DNA of 64,000 bases from Caecitellus pseudoparvulus (lineage: Eukaryota > Protista > Bigyra: Bicosoecida), in contig CBFFRQ010000018.1 of the NCBI GenBank assembly GCA_965644315.1, positions 248,001-312,000 on the forward strand. The letters are read 5' to 3'. Below, piece after piece: positions 9,980-20,800 of this stretch. Each line of letters opens with the position of its first letter. Positions within the stretch are counted from its first letter, which is position 1. A program made the translations under genes and the position numbers. The notes under the pieces were generated by a model. The model was given only the letters and a program-made list of their open reading frames with translations, searched no databases and had not been told where the DNA came from.

Positions 9980-11213
9980 ATGAAGGTCGTTGCCGCCCTG
10001 CTGGCCGCCGCCGCCACCACCGCGCTTGCTGTGCGCACGCCCGTCTTCCCCCAGCAATGGTATGTGTGCCATGTGCGCCCTCCCTGCAGTGCTGCCGTGG
10101 CGTGGGGGGTGGCGAACGCTGCCCCAGGGCGTCGGCGTGGTGCACTTCCCCCACACACCCCACCATGCACCACCACCTCCGCGCTGCCACCTGCCTCGTG
10201 CACTCCCCCCTTTCCCCGCCATTGCAGGACGAGCGTCGTGACCCAGCACGTCGCCATCAACCAGGGTGGCTCCCCTGGCGCCAACGGCGGTGCGTGCGCT
10301 GCGTGTGCACTCCCGCTGCTCCAAGTTTGCGGCTGCTTCAGGCCCGGCGGCACAGCGTAAGCTCACGTGGCAGGCAAGCACTTCACACGCCCTAACCTCG
10401 CAGAGCTGTGCTGCGACTACACCTCCCCCGAGTGCAAGGTGCAGACCATCTACATGGCCGCTCGCGTACGTTGAGCTGGCCGGCTGCCTTGCCCAAGGCA
10501 CTGCACTTCGACTCGGCCAAACGCCCACGCCACGCCACGCGCCCCCCTGCACAGCAATACTTTGACTTCCCTAACAACCGGTGCGTGGAGGCGGCTGCCG
10601 GTGTCTCCAACCCCTCGTAGCCCGGCACGGCACCTGCCTCCCTCCTCACAGCTCCGCCACCTTCACCTCCGAGGGCACTGGCGTCGTGACCCTGTACAAC
10701 GACGGCAAGGAGTACTCTGTGGATGCCAACGGCGCATGCCAGTCCTACTGCCCCCTGGAAGGCCCCATGGAGGCCTTTGGCTTCGAGGCTTCCGCCGTCA
10801 CCGAGTCTGGCCCCAGCACCTACAACGGCAAGGCTTGCGACAAGTACGTCGTGCCCACCCTGCTGCCCATTGGCAACATCACCATGTCTGTGGACACCTG
10901 GTACGTCACCCTGAACGGCGCTAGCGGCCCCGACACCCCCCTGGCTGACATCACCGACCTGACCCCCTTCGGCGAGCAACTGGGCACTGAGAGCTCCTTC
11001 TACACTGCCTGGACCCCTGGCGCCCCCGACGCCTCCAAGTTCACCGTCACTGGCAAGGCCACTTGCAAGCAGGCCAAGGGCTGCAACGGCTCCTCTTCCT
11101 CTTCTGGCCAGAAGGAGGTCATGGCACGCACCCTCAAGTCCCGCGGTGTCAAGCCCGCCGGCTACCCTCACTTCTCCCCCCTGCACGCTGAGCTGTTCGA
11201 GATGGAGGCGTAA
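9980..11213 (+). CDS. Secreted Cys-containing protein, ependymin-related/LolA-fold-like (5 exons)
   Basis: Signal peptide MKVVAALLAAAATTALA. Spliced product has PVFPQQW...QYFDFPNNR...C.SYCP...CDKY...P.ASKF.V...C, the spacing of ependymin-related proteins. Strongly C-ending codons suggest high expression. Confidence 0.5.
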
Positions 11214-11467
11214 ATGCCCCTGTCCGTGTGCCTGCCAGCCACCACTGCTTGCCCTGAAATGCAGGCTGGGAAGCGTCCGCCACACCGCTTGGCCAGTCCG
11301 CGAGCCGCTTGCAGCTCACGCGGCATTGGCGAGGTGAGCGGTAAAAACGACACTCCACCCATTGCCTCCAGCTCCGCACCGCGCCACTTGTGTCAGGCCA
11401 CCCAAACCCACGCCACTTGGCACCGTTTGCTTGTCCCCCCCACGTGATACAACCCCCCACTGCCACA

Positions 11468-12926
11468 ATGGGCTGTGGAGGCAGCAAGACCGCTGAAGAG
11501 CGCGCAGCAGCGGCACTGGACGCCGAGCTCGCCAAGAAGAGCCAGCGCGACGCAGAAGCCGAGAAACAGAAGATCAAGCTGCTCCTCCTGGGTGCGTGCC
11601 GCCGCCCTGCCGCTGCGCGCCGTCGATGTGCCACTGCAGCGTCCCGGCGACCTCCATGCCTGCAGGCGCTGGCGAGTCGGGGAAGAGCACCATCTTCAAG
11701 CAGATGAAGATTCTGTACGGCACGGGCTTTAAGGACGACGATCGGAAACAGCAAACGCCAGTCATCATGCAGAACATCATCGGCGTGCGTGCGCGGCGCA
11801 GGAAGGCAGCGCCCCCCAAGCTGACAGCAACCAGCGTTGCCGCCGCTCCAAGCTTGCTCCCCCCGCCTCCCTGCACGCAAGCTCCGGCGCTTCCCCTTGC
11901 ACAGCAAGCTAAGGTCCTCATCCAGGCCTGCGAGGACCTGGAAATCGAGGTCGGCGCATCGGTGCGTGGCGTACAGCACAGCGTTTCACGTGCGAGGCCC
12001 AGCGCAACTCCCCAGCAATCCGCGCCCATGCAGGCGGAGCGCGATGCCATTGACGAGCTGAGCGAGGAGGAGCCCATCACTCCTGAGATTGCCACTCAGA
12101 TCAAGACGTTCTGGGAGGACGCTGGTGTGCAGGAGGTGTATGGCCGTCGAAGCGAGTTCCAGCTGAACGACTCTGCCGCTTAGTGAGTGGAGCCAGCCCC
12201 TTTACCGCCGCATCAGGAGCGCTGTGCTGCTGTATTTGCAGCCTTGCAGTGGCCAGTTGATGCAAATGCCCCCCCCACTCCCTGCCCAGCTTCTTCGAGA
12301 AGGTGGAGGCCATCGCCGGCGAGGACTACTGCCCCACCCTCAAGGATGTCCTGCAGATGCGTGTGCGCACGTCAGGCATCGTGGAGGAAGAGTACATCAT
12401 TGACGGTGTCAAGTTCGTCATGTACGACGTGGGTGGCCAGCGCAATGAGCGCAAGAAGTGGATTCACTGCTTCGACGAGGTCACGGCCGTCATCTTCGTC
12501 GCCGCCATCTCCGAGTATGACCAGGTGCTGTACGAAGACGCGACGCAGAACCGCATGTGCGAGAGCCTGAACCTGTTCCAGGAAATCTGCAACAGCAAGT
12601 GGTTCGAGAATACCTCCATCATCCTCTTCCTGAACAAGCGCGACTTGTTCGAGGAGAAGATCAAGGAGGTGGACATCCGCCAGCCGGACCCCGCCGACCC
12701 CTCCCGCATGCTCTTCGACGAGTACGAGGGTGGCTGTGACTACGACGCCGGCGTGGAGTTCATCGTCGCGGAGTACCTGGCCAAGAACGAGAAGCAGGAC
12801 GGCACCAAGGAGATCTTCTGGCACGTCACCTGCGCCACAGACACCAGCAACATCTCCACCGTCTTCAACGCCTGCAAGGAGATTATCCTGCGCAAGAACA
12901 TGGAGGGGTCGGGCTTCATGGACTAA
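11468..12926 (+). CDS. Heterotrimeric G protein alpha subunit (copy 1; 5 exons)
   Basis: MGCGGS (myristoyl/palmitoyl), KLLLLG|[40 protein letters not shown]; canonical introns restore frame. Confidence 0.97.
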
Positions 12927-13447
12927 GGCCTGTGCAGTGCCTTCTCTGCCGGGCAACAGTCCTGTACATACCCCCAGCAGTGTGTGTGATCTGCGCCGTC
13001 TCAAGTTTGGTGCTCTGCCTGCTCTGCCTCTACCACCCACTGGTCTAGACCGGAATCACAATGCATCCATGCAAGGTCCAACCCATCACCTGCCAAGTGC
13101 GTTGGCTGAGTCGTTTGTGGCTCAGCTCAGACCCGCGGCGAGCTGACTTGGAAGGACGACTGCAGACCACTCTGACCTGACAAAAAGCGCGCGCCCAGTG
13201 GTGTGCTTTTGCCACAAGCGCATAGCATTTTGCAGCTTGTCGGCTGGTGCTCGCTCTCTTGCTCTGCAGAGCACCTCGGATGCTGCGGAAATCGTTGGCG
13301 TGTTGAGCTCACCCCGTACTTTGACACCTGCACCCCCCGCTTTCAGTCCCAGCTAGCCAGGGTCTGACCACGGGACTGCGTTTCAAGTCTTTCTGCTCTA
13401 GGAGCTTCGCATTCTTGCACCATTGACGGCTGACTCCACACCCTGGC

Positions 13448-14521
13448 ATGGCCTCACAGACTGCGGAACCCGGCCTGGCCTTTCTGAACGCCTGCTCCAG
13501 TGGAGACCACGCCGCACTCCAGGCACTCCTGAGCAGCAGCACCCTGGAGACTCTGCAACCACATTCAGCAGGGGGGTTCATCAAGGCGTGCAGGAACGGA
13601 CACTTGCCTGTGGTGGAGTCACTGCTCGAAGCGTTCTCCGCGCACTGGGTAGCCACACACAAACCGATGACGGTGGAGGGGATGCCTGAGGGCCTCCCTG
13701 TTTCCTTCATCATCGCTTACATGCGGGATCGTGGGCACGAGAACCCCTTCGAGCACAGGCCTCCATCCGCCATCACGGAAGGCTTCAGTGTTGCTGCCGG
13801 GGCGGGGCACCTCCACATAGTCAGAGCCTTGTTGAAGCTCACAGGACCTCTGCAGGTGAATGTCAACAGCAAGACAGAGGCGTACAACACATCCTTCGCC
13901 CAAGCATGCATGTTCGGGCATGCCGACATCGTGGACCTGCTCTTGACGCTGCAGGGGGACCGAGCCGCCGACCCGAACCGCTGCGACGGCACTGCCTTCG
14001 CCATGGCCTGCATCAACGGGCACATGGACATCGTGCAAAAGCTACTGGCCCTCACCGGGCCCCAGACGGTGGACCCCACCCTGGATCGCTGCCGGGCCTT
14101 CTACGACACGTGCGGCGAGGGTCACCTGGACATCGTCAAACTGCTGCTGTCCCTCACCGGACCTCGCCGCATCGACGTGCACGCGTACACAGAGCGGGGC
14201 CTGCGCAGCGCCGCATGTGGCGGCCACACCGACGTCGTGCGCCTGTTGCTATCCCTGGACGGTGACCGCTTGGCACGCCTGGACCACTTTGACTACGAGG
14301 TGCTGCGGCTGCCAGTCCGGCGGGGGCATGAGGCCATCGTGCGGGAGGTGCTGGGGGTGCCGGGACAGCGGGCAATCCCGCAGGCTGTGATTGACGACGC
14401 GGCGGGGGACACGCCCCTGGACCTGCACGCCGTCCAGCGCAGCGTCAAGTGGAGCGGCACTGTGCACCGGTGGCGGAGGGCTGACATGGTCTTGTTCAGG
14501 GCGGGGTGCAGACGCACCTAG
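13448..14521 (+). CDS. Intronless ankyrin-repeat protein (34-aa repeats; LLxLTG..VD family)
   Basis: Repeats such as TAFAMACINGHMDIVQKLLALTGPQTVDPTLDRC. The C-terminal motif WSGTVHRWRRADMVLFRA is shared with the genes at 47625 and 49724. Confidence 0.85.
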   Translation: MASQTAEPGLAFLNACSSGDHAALQALLSSSTLETLQPHSAGGFIKACRNGHLPVVESLLEAFSAHWVATHKPMTVEGMPEGLPVSFIIAYMRDRGHENPFEHRPPSAITEGFSVAAGAGHLHIVRALLKLTGPLQVNVNSKTEAYNTSFAQACMFGHADIVDLLLTLQGDRAADPNRCDGTAFAMACINGHMDIVQKLLALTGPQTVDPTLDRCRAFYDTCGEGHLDIVKLLLSLTGPRRIDVHAYTERGLRSAACGGHTDVVRLLLSLDGDRLARLDHFDYEVLRLPVRRGHEAIVREVLGVPGQRAIPQAVIDDAAGDTPLDLHAVQRSVKWSGTVHRWRRADMVLFRAGCRRT

Positions 14522-14742
14522 GCGAGCGGCGCCCGTGGCGTGTCCGAGCAAGCGTGAAGTGTCCCGAATGGGGCGCCTTGCCCCTCTCAACTGCAGGTGG
14601 AATTCACATCCACTGCTCCCCTGTATTGCGCAGCACTGCGTTGTCATATTGCTGGTGCGGGACACACCACTGTGCAGCCGCGTGCTCGCAAGGTTCACCG
14701 ACTCGCACATGCACCGGATTCAGTGCTGGCGACTTGGCAGTC

Positions 14743-15915
14743 ATGGAACTCATCACAGCAGTCCGGGCCGACGACGAGGCACTGGTCAAGGAGCTCATCG
14801 CCGACCTTGACACAGACATTAATGCAACTGGAATCGTGGAGGGCACCAAGGTGCGCAAGCTCGTCACGCGAGGCGCTGCGGCCCTGCGGAAATCGCTTCC
14901 CTCCTGGAGCACCTTGCAGGTCACCCTGTATGAGACACATGCCCTGTTCGAAGCGGTTCGCGGAGGGAACGCGTTCATCGTAGAGGAACTTCTGTCCAGA
15001 GAGGACATGAATGTCAACAACCCTGCGGTGCGTGCACGAGGTGTCCAGGGCGCCTTCGCCTGGTGCCCAACGGTAACGCTGCCCTGGCCCGCCGCAGACT
15101 GCCATTCACATCACCACCCTGGCAGACGCATGCAACCGGAGCGACGTGGACATGGTTCGCTTGCTCCTGGGCGACCCTCGCACAGATCCCTTCGCAGGCA
15201 GCGACGAGGTGCCACTGCCGATTCAGTACGCCGTGCGGGCTGGCAGTCTGGACATCGTCCGTCTGTTCGAGGAGGCAGGGCACATCACTGCCGAGCAGGA
15301 GGAGGTCCTCTTGGCCACTGCTCGCAAGCACGACCGTGAAGATATCGCAAGTGCGTGCCGCCCACCTGCAGAGCGTCAAGCTCTGGCTCCAGCGCTCCAC
15401 CCACGGCCCGGCACAGCTTGGTTGGAGTCCCACTTCCTCTCCCAGCGACACCTGGAGGACCTGTCGCCTCGAGACCAAGTGCTGAAGATGTGGCAGGAGT
15501 TCCAGAAGCAAGACCTGGACCACAGCATGTCCATTGACAAAGCAGAGCTGCGAGTCATCGCCGCTGCGCTGGGCACACCCCTGACGGAGCCTGAGCTGGC
15601 CGAGGCGCAGATTGCCCTGGACACCAATGGAGACGGCAGCGTGCGTGTGTTTCTGCGTGCAGTGCTGCGCCGACCGGCCCGGCAGCGGCCTGCCACGCCT
15701 TGCGCTTCTGCGTTGCGCAGGTGGACTTTGAGGAGCTCGTGGCGTTTTGGCTCGGTACGGGGGAGGAGGGAGTCAGCGACGAAGTGCGCCAGGCTGTTGC
15801 AGACGTCGTATCTGAGGCAGCAGCCGCAAAGGCTGCCGCTGGGGCAGTGGGGGAGGTGCTTGCGTTGCCGCCCGGAGAGGGGGAGGGCAAGAACGCCGCC
15901 TGCGTTGACTTGTGA
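14743..15915 (+). CDS. Ankyrin-repeat + EF-hand pair protein (5 exons)
   Basis: Ankyrin segments ALFEAVRGGNAFIVEELL, LADACNRSDVDMVRLLL, PIQYAVRAGSLDIVRL. EF hands DLDHSMSIDKAE and DTNGDGS|VDFEE, the second split by an intron ending at 15720. Confidence 0.8.
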
Positions 15916-16089
15916 CGGCCCAGGCTGGGTAAAACAGCAGGCGGGCAATGCACAGCACTTTCCATTCTCAAATGTGGCACATGTATTGACTTCCAGGGTG
16001 CACTGTGCTTGCCTGTGCATTGGACTGCAGCCCCTCGCTCGCAAGCCAGCCTGCTGTGTGCGCCTCACCCACGCTGCCTGCCTGCCACC

Positions 16090-17433
16090 ATGGACATGCG
16101 CCTGTGGCTGCAGCGCAAGGCCCATCCGTGGGTGCCGCCAGGGGATCATGCCTCAAACCGTTCCCGCAGGGGCCACGACTCGCAGCACCGCCGACGTGCA
16201 CCAGCAGCGCAAGATAAAGGCGCGATGCCCGTTGACCCCGCCAGCAACACGAGCTTCACGCAGCGACAGCAGAGCTTGCTCGAACGAGAGATCGACATGA
16301 GCACATCAAGGGGTAATGCCTTCTCGGCGGGGCACGCCTCAGCAGATGCCTTTCCCCGCGTCGCGGGACAGGCCACTGCTCGCGGGCGGAGGTTGCAGAC
16401 AGGACCGATTTCCGCAAGACAACACAGCCTCCGCTCCCCACACAAGGAACTACAATCCAAGCAGGTAAAGAGAGGAGGGGGCACCATGCATCTGACGCCT
16501 TCACCCGCTGCCCCGCGCCCGCCGCCGCGCTCCAACGGGCCCCAGACCCACACATTGGCAGGCTCCCAGCCTGCTGGTTCTCCAGCCGGTCGCCTATGGC
16601 CAGCCTCCCCTTCAGGGTCCATGCCGCAGCCCTTGGCCCCAGCCCTGCCGCTCCACAGCAGTGCTGCGCCATCTGCCTCTGAAACATCGTGGCTTGACGG
16701 CCCATCGCACCCGGGCCTGCGCAGCACCAGCGCAAGCCAGCCTTCCAGCGCGGCCTGCAACCTGCGTCCAACACAAGGAGACACCCTGGCCGGCGCCCAG
16801 TCCCCTGCCTCCACCATCAGCGCCGACAGTCTGAGCGTGGGCAGCCACGTCGTCCCACGCACTGGAGCTGCCAGCGCCAGGGAGGCCACACCCCAGCAAC
16901 CCGCCGCCTCCACATCGGCGGAGTCACTGCAGGCCCAGGTGGCAGAGCTGCGGCAGACAGTGGAAGCGCAGGGCGCACTGCTGGCACGGCTGGTGGAGGG
17001 TGGGGCCACGCTGCCCTCCGCAGCGTCTGGCCCTGCGTCGGCTGCGGGAGTCACCAGCAGAGCCTTCGGGACACCCACAGTGCCACACATGCCCATGGTG
17101 ACGAAGCACAGCCTTCCTGACGTCGCCTTCGTTCCCAGCAGCGGAGGCGCGTTAGATTCGAGTGCGAACAGTGCCTTTGTGAAGCTGGATGCCGCCCTGG
17201 CTGCGCTGGACCAGGAGTACTTCAGGGGCATCGCGACGGCGCCAGCCCCGGCCAAACCGGCGCGAAGTGGGCTGCCTGCCCGCAAGAAAAAACGACGGGG
17301 AGCTGGGCACGGCAGAATGGGGAAGGGCAAGGCTGCTGTGCCTGCTGGCGGGGCTGGGCGTGCGCGGAGGGCGCCTGCGGCGCGTCGGCAACGTGGTGGG
17401 CGTGGGTCAGCCAAGAAACGCAGCAAGGCCTGA
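16090..17433 (+). CDS. Hypothetical low-complexity protein with short coiled coil and basic C-terminus
   Basis: Long open frame with ccaccATG start; ESLQAQVAELRQTVEAQGALLARL coiled coil; RKKKRR NLS-like segment. No family recognised. Confidence 0.55.
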   Translation: MDMRLWLQRKAHPWVPPGDHASNRSRRGHDSQHRRRAPAAQDKGAMPVDPASNTSFTQRQQSLLEREIDMSTSRGNAFSAGHASADAFPRVAGQATARGRRLQTGPISARQHSLRSPHKELQSKQVKRGGGTMHLTPSPAAPRPPPRSNGPQTHTLAGSQPAGSPAGRLWPASPSGSMPQPLAPALPLHSSAAPSASETSWLDGPSHPGLRSTSASQPSSAACNLRPTQGDTLAGAQSPASTISADSLSVGSHVVPRTGAASAREATPQQPAASTSAESLQAQVAELRQTVEAQGALLARLVEGGATLPSAASGPASAAGVTSRAFGTPTVPHMPMVTKHSLPDVAFVPSSGGALDSSANSAFVKLDAALAALDQEYFRGIATAPAPAKPARSGLPARKKKRRGAGHGRMGKGKAAVPAGGAGRARRAPAARRQRGGRGSAKKRSKA

Positions 17434-17823
17434 GGCCGCGCAACGGTCGCTGCGAAGCATAATTCAAGTGTCTTCACATTTATTTCATTCGACATGTGCC
17501 TGTGTGGCTCTGCTGGTGTAGCCGACACGACGCTGCTTGCCCCTGCTGCCGCAGCAGTGAGACAGCTGCGCCAGGGCAGCACTGCGCTGTCTGCCTGCAG
17601 CAGCGAGAAGGCGCACGGCCAGCACGACGGGCGCGACAGCAGTTCCAGACCATGTTCACCTTGACCAAGGTGCAGCCGCTTGGTGCACCAGCTGTTCAGA
17701 GCATCGCGTCCACGGCCCCAAGCCACACATCCTTCAGGCAAGTTGTCGCAGCGACGCTTGATCGACTTGCCCAGCACACCATGTGCACGCAGGCCACAGC
17801 CACAACCGCACATCACCCTTCCA

Positions 17824-20800
17824 ATGCACAGGAAAGGAGTGCAACTCCCCGAGGTGGACTTTAACCTCAACGAGGAGTGGAAGCACAAGCAGTTGCTGGC
17901 GTTCGTGGGCAGGCATGTGGAGAGCGTTTCAGAGGCAGCCACTGCTGAAGCCGCCAAGCGCATCCCCCTGTTGCCTTTCGCTGGACCAGAGGATCTGGAT
18001 GTGGGGGAAAGGGAAGGCACTATGGAATCCTTGCGCTCCTCACGAAGCGGCTCGCCTCCTGCGGGCGCAGGGGGGCCTGCCGCGGACACGGAGGACGCAG
18101 ACCACGTCTTCACTTCGCCTGGCCTGCTCCGGGCCAGCAGCTCCTCCCACCTGCCCCCCTCCTCCCTCCCCAGCCGCAGCCTCGGCTCGGCAGGCTCGGC
18201 AGACACGGAAGCCAAGGCTGCGCCGGGGGAGGCCCCAGTGCTCCCTGAGAGCATGTCGGCGGCATCTCTCCTCTCAGGCCCGGCCAGCGCTGCGGACCTG
18301 GCACGCAGCCTGCCCCAAGTGCTGCTGCAGGACCACCGGCGCCTGACGGACGACGGCATCACGGGGCGCCGGCAGTACCTGGCCGCTTCCCGGCGCCTGG
18401 GCGTCCCGCCCCGCATGGCTATCCTGCGGCACCTGCCCACAGACCGCATCGCCTTGCCGGAAAGCTCCATGGGCGAAGCCACTGCCGTCGCCCTGGCCGC
18501 TGCTCTGGCCGCCAACTACACCGTCACGCACGTGGACCTGTCCAGCAATGGACTGGGAGACGTCGGCTTTGCCGCCCTGGTCCGGGCGCTGGTGGACCCA
18601 CGCTTGGCTTCCCCCGGCTCCTTCTACCGGCGCCAGCTGCTGGAGCTGAGGCAGGGCCGCAGCGGGGGGCGTGCCTCCCCCGGGTCCAGCCCCGCCCCCC
18701 GTCCTGTGCGGAGGTCCATCTTGGCTGCCATGCAGAGCCACCCTGGCGCGCAGTCTGTGCTGGGGTCCATCACGGGGGGCAGCCACGGGCAGGAGGGGGG
18801 TGCAAGGGGGGGTGGCGTGGGGCACCGGGCAGGCAGCGTCGCGGGCGGCCAGTCTGTGTACCGCTCCAACGTCTCCACCATGGCGGCTGCGGCGTCCCAG
18901 GCCGTGCGGGGGCGGCCCAGGCGGGCGGGGGGTCCGCTCCTCACCTCCTACGTGAAGGGCGCCTACTCCCAAGCCGTGGCTGGCGGTGCAAGCACCTCCT
19001 CTGCAGGCGGGCCAGGCGGCGTGGGGTGGGCGCTGCGCTCGCCCTCCACCGACGTCCTGCACAGTGTCCTGCGCTCTGAACTGGCTGCCGCCGACCAGCG
19101 CGAGGCGGACTTGCTGGAGGCCGACTGCACCTTCTCCACGCGGGATTGGAGTGGCGGGTCAGGCGGGGGTGGAGGGGCCGCCCTGGCTCGTGCAGGTGCC
19201 GTGACCACGGCAGGGCGCAACACAGCCGCCCTGAGCCGTGCGGCAGCCCTGCACTCTGCCGCCGCGCAGGCCACCCAGGCCGTCCTGCGGCAGCAAGAGA
19301 CGGGAAGGGGTGGCCCTGAGACACAGTCATCCCAGCGCAATGGTGGCGCAGTTGGACACCCCACCCTTGCCATCCCGCGGGACACTTCTGTCGCGAGCTT
19401 TGCAGACGGCCCCGCTGATGCCGGTGGGCGGGACACCACCTTGCCTGCCGTGGCAGTGCTATGCCTCGCGAACAACGGCTTGGGGGGCTCCAGTGCCTCC
19501 CTCAGGGGGGGATCCCCCCGCTCCACTGCGCTGGTCCCCCCCTCCTCTGCCAGGTCCGCACAGGGCTTGGGGAAGCCCTCCTTGCGCCTGCTCAAGCCAG
19601 CCATGCTGCATGCGAGTCCCCTGTTCCGGGGAGAGTGTGCCCTGCTGGAGCTGGTGGCGCTGGGCTCGCGTGTGACGACCCTGGACCTGACGGGGAATGC
19701 CTTCGGCATGGATGCCGTGTACGGCCTGGCATACCTCTTCGGGCTGCCGCTGGGCCCACCGGTCCTGGCAGCCCTAGACGTAGCCACGACCTCCCCTGCT
19801 CAGGCCGTGGCGCTGGGCATGCAGCAGTGGACGGCCTTGGAGCTGAAACGCGTGCGGCAAGAGATGATTGACGCCGGGCTCATCCGACCCGGCTCGGAAC
19901 GCAGTGCTCCCCCCCCGCCCCCTGCCAAGGCCGCCTCCTCCACGGGGAAGCCGCCTGAGGAGCCTGGCGTGCACGCGCTCAGTCGCGGGGGCTACTTCAA
20001 GCCCCCTCCCGAACCAAAGCTTGGCGCTGGGAAGGGGGGCGGCTCCAGCCCCCGGACGCCGCGCAGGCAACGCAGCGGGGCAGGGACAGCAGGAGGGGAC
20101 GATGACGTGGCCTCTGTGGGCGGGGCCTCCACCCGCTCCGGCGCCAGCTCCGACACAAAGGCAGGCGGCAAGGGCAAGGCCCCCTCCCAGCCCGTACTGC
20201 CTGCCGTCCTCACTCGCCTCCTGCCCCTCTTCCTTGCCACCCGTGCCCTGCACTTGGCCCTGCGCCGTGCGTATGCCGCCAAAGCTGCAGTGGAGGCTGC
20301 GACGCAGGCTGGGGCGGAGGGGGGTGACGCCTCGCCCCGCCGCCCCAACATCTTGGAGTCCATTCGCAGCCAGGAAGCCACCTCGCGCAAGGCGCAAGTT
20401 GACGCCAAGTTGCAGGCCGCCCAGAAAGGCTTGGTGCCCAAGCCCCACGTGTTCTCCCTCACCCACCTCTCCCTGAGCAAGAACAGCCTGGCCGGTCACG
20501 AAGCTGCCATGGCCCTGGCATGCATGCTGGCCGCCCCCAAGTGCCCCATTACCGTCCTGGACGTGTCTTGGTGCAACTTGGGCCCGGCAGGGGACGCCGT
20601 GCTGGCTGCCTGCGCGGGCATCCCCCTGCCCAAGGCGTACCAGGCTGCCGCAACGGGCGCCCTGCGCCGACCCCGAGTCCTCACTGCGGCTGAGCAGCGC
20701 AAGGTTGACCAGGCTGCTTCCCGGGCCCGGGGCAAGCAGCAGGTCAAGCGGCGGCCCCTTCCTGAAGAAGTGCTCGCGTGCACCTCCCTCGCGCAACGCA

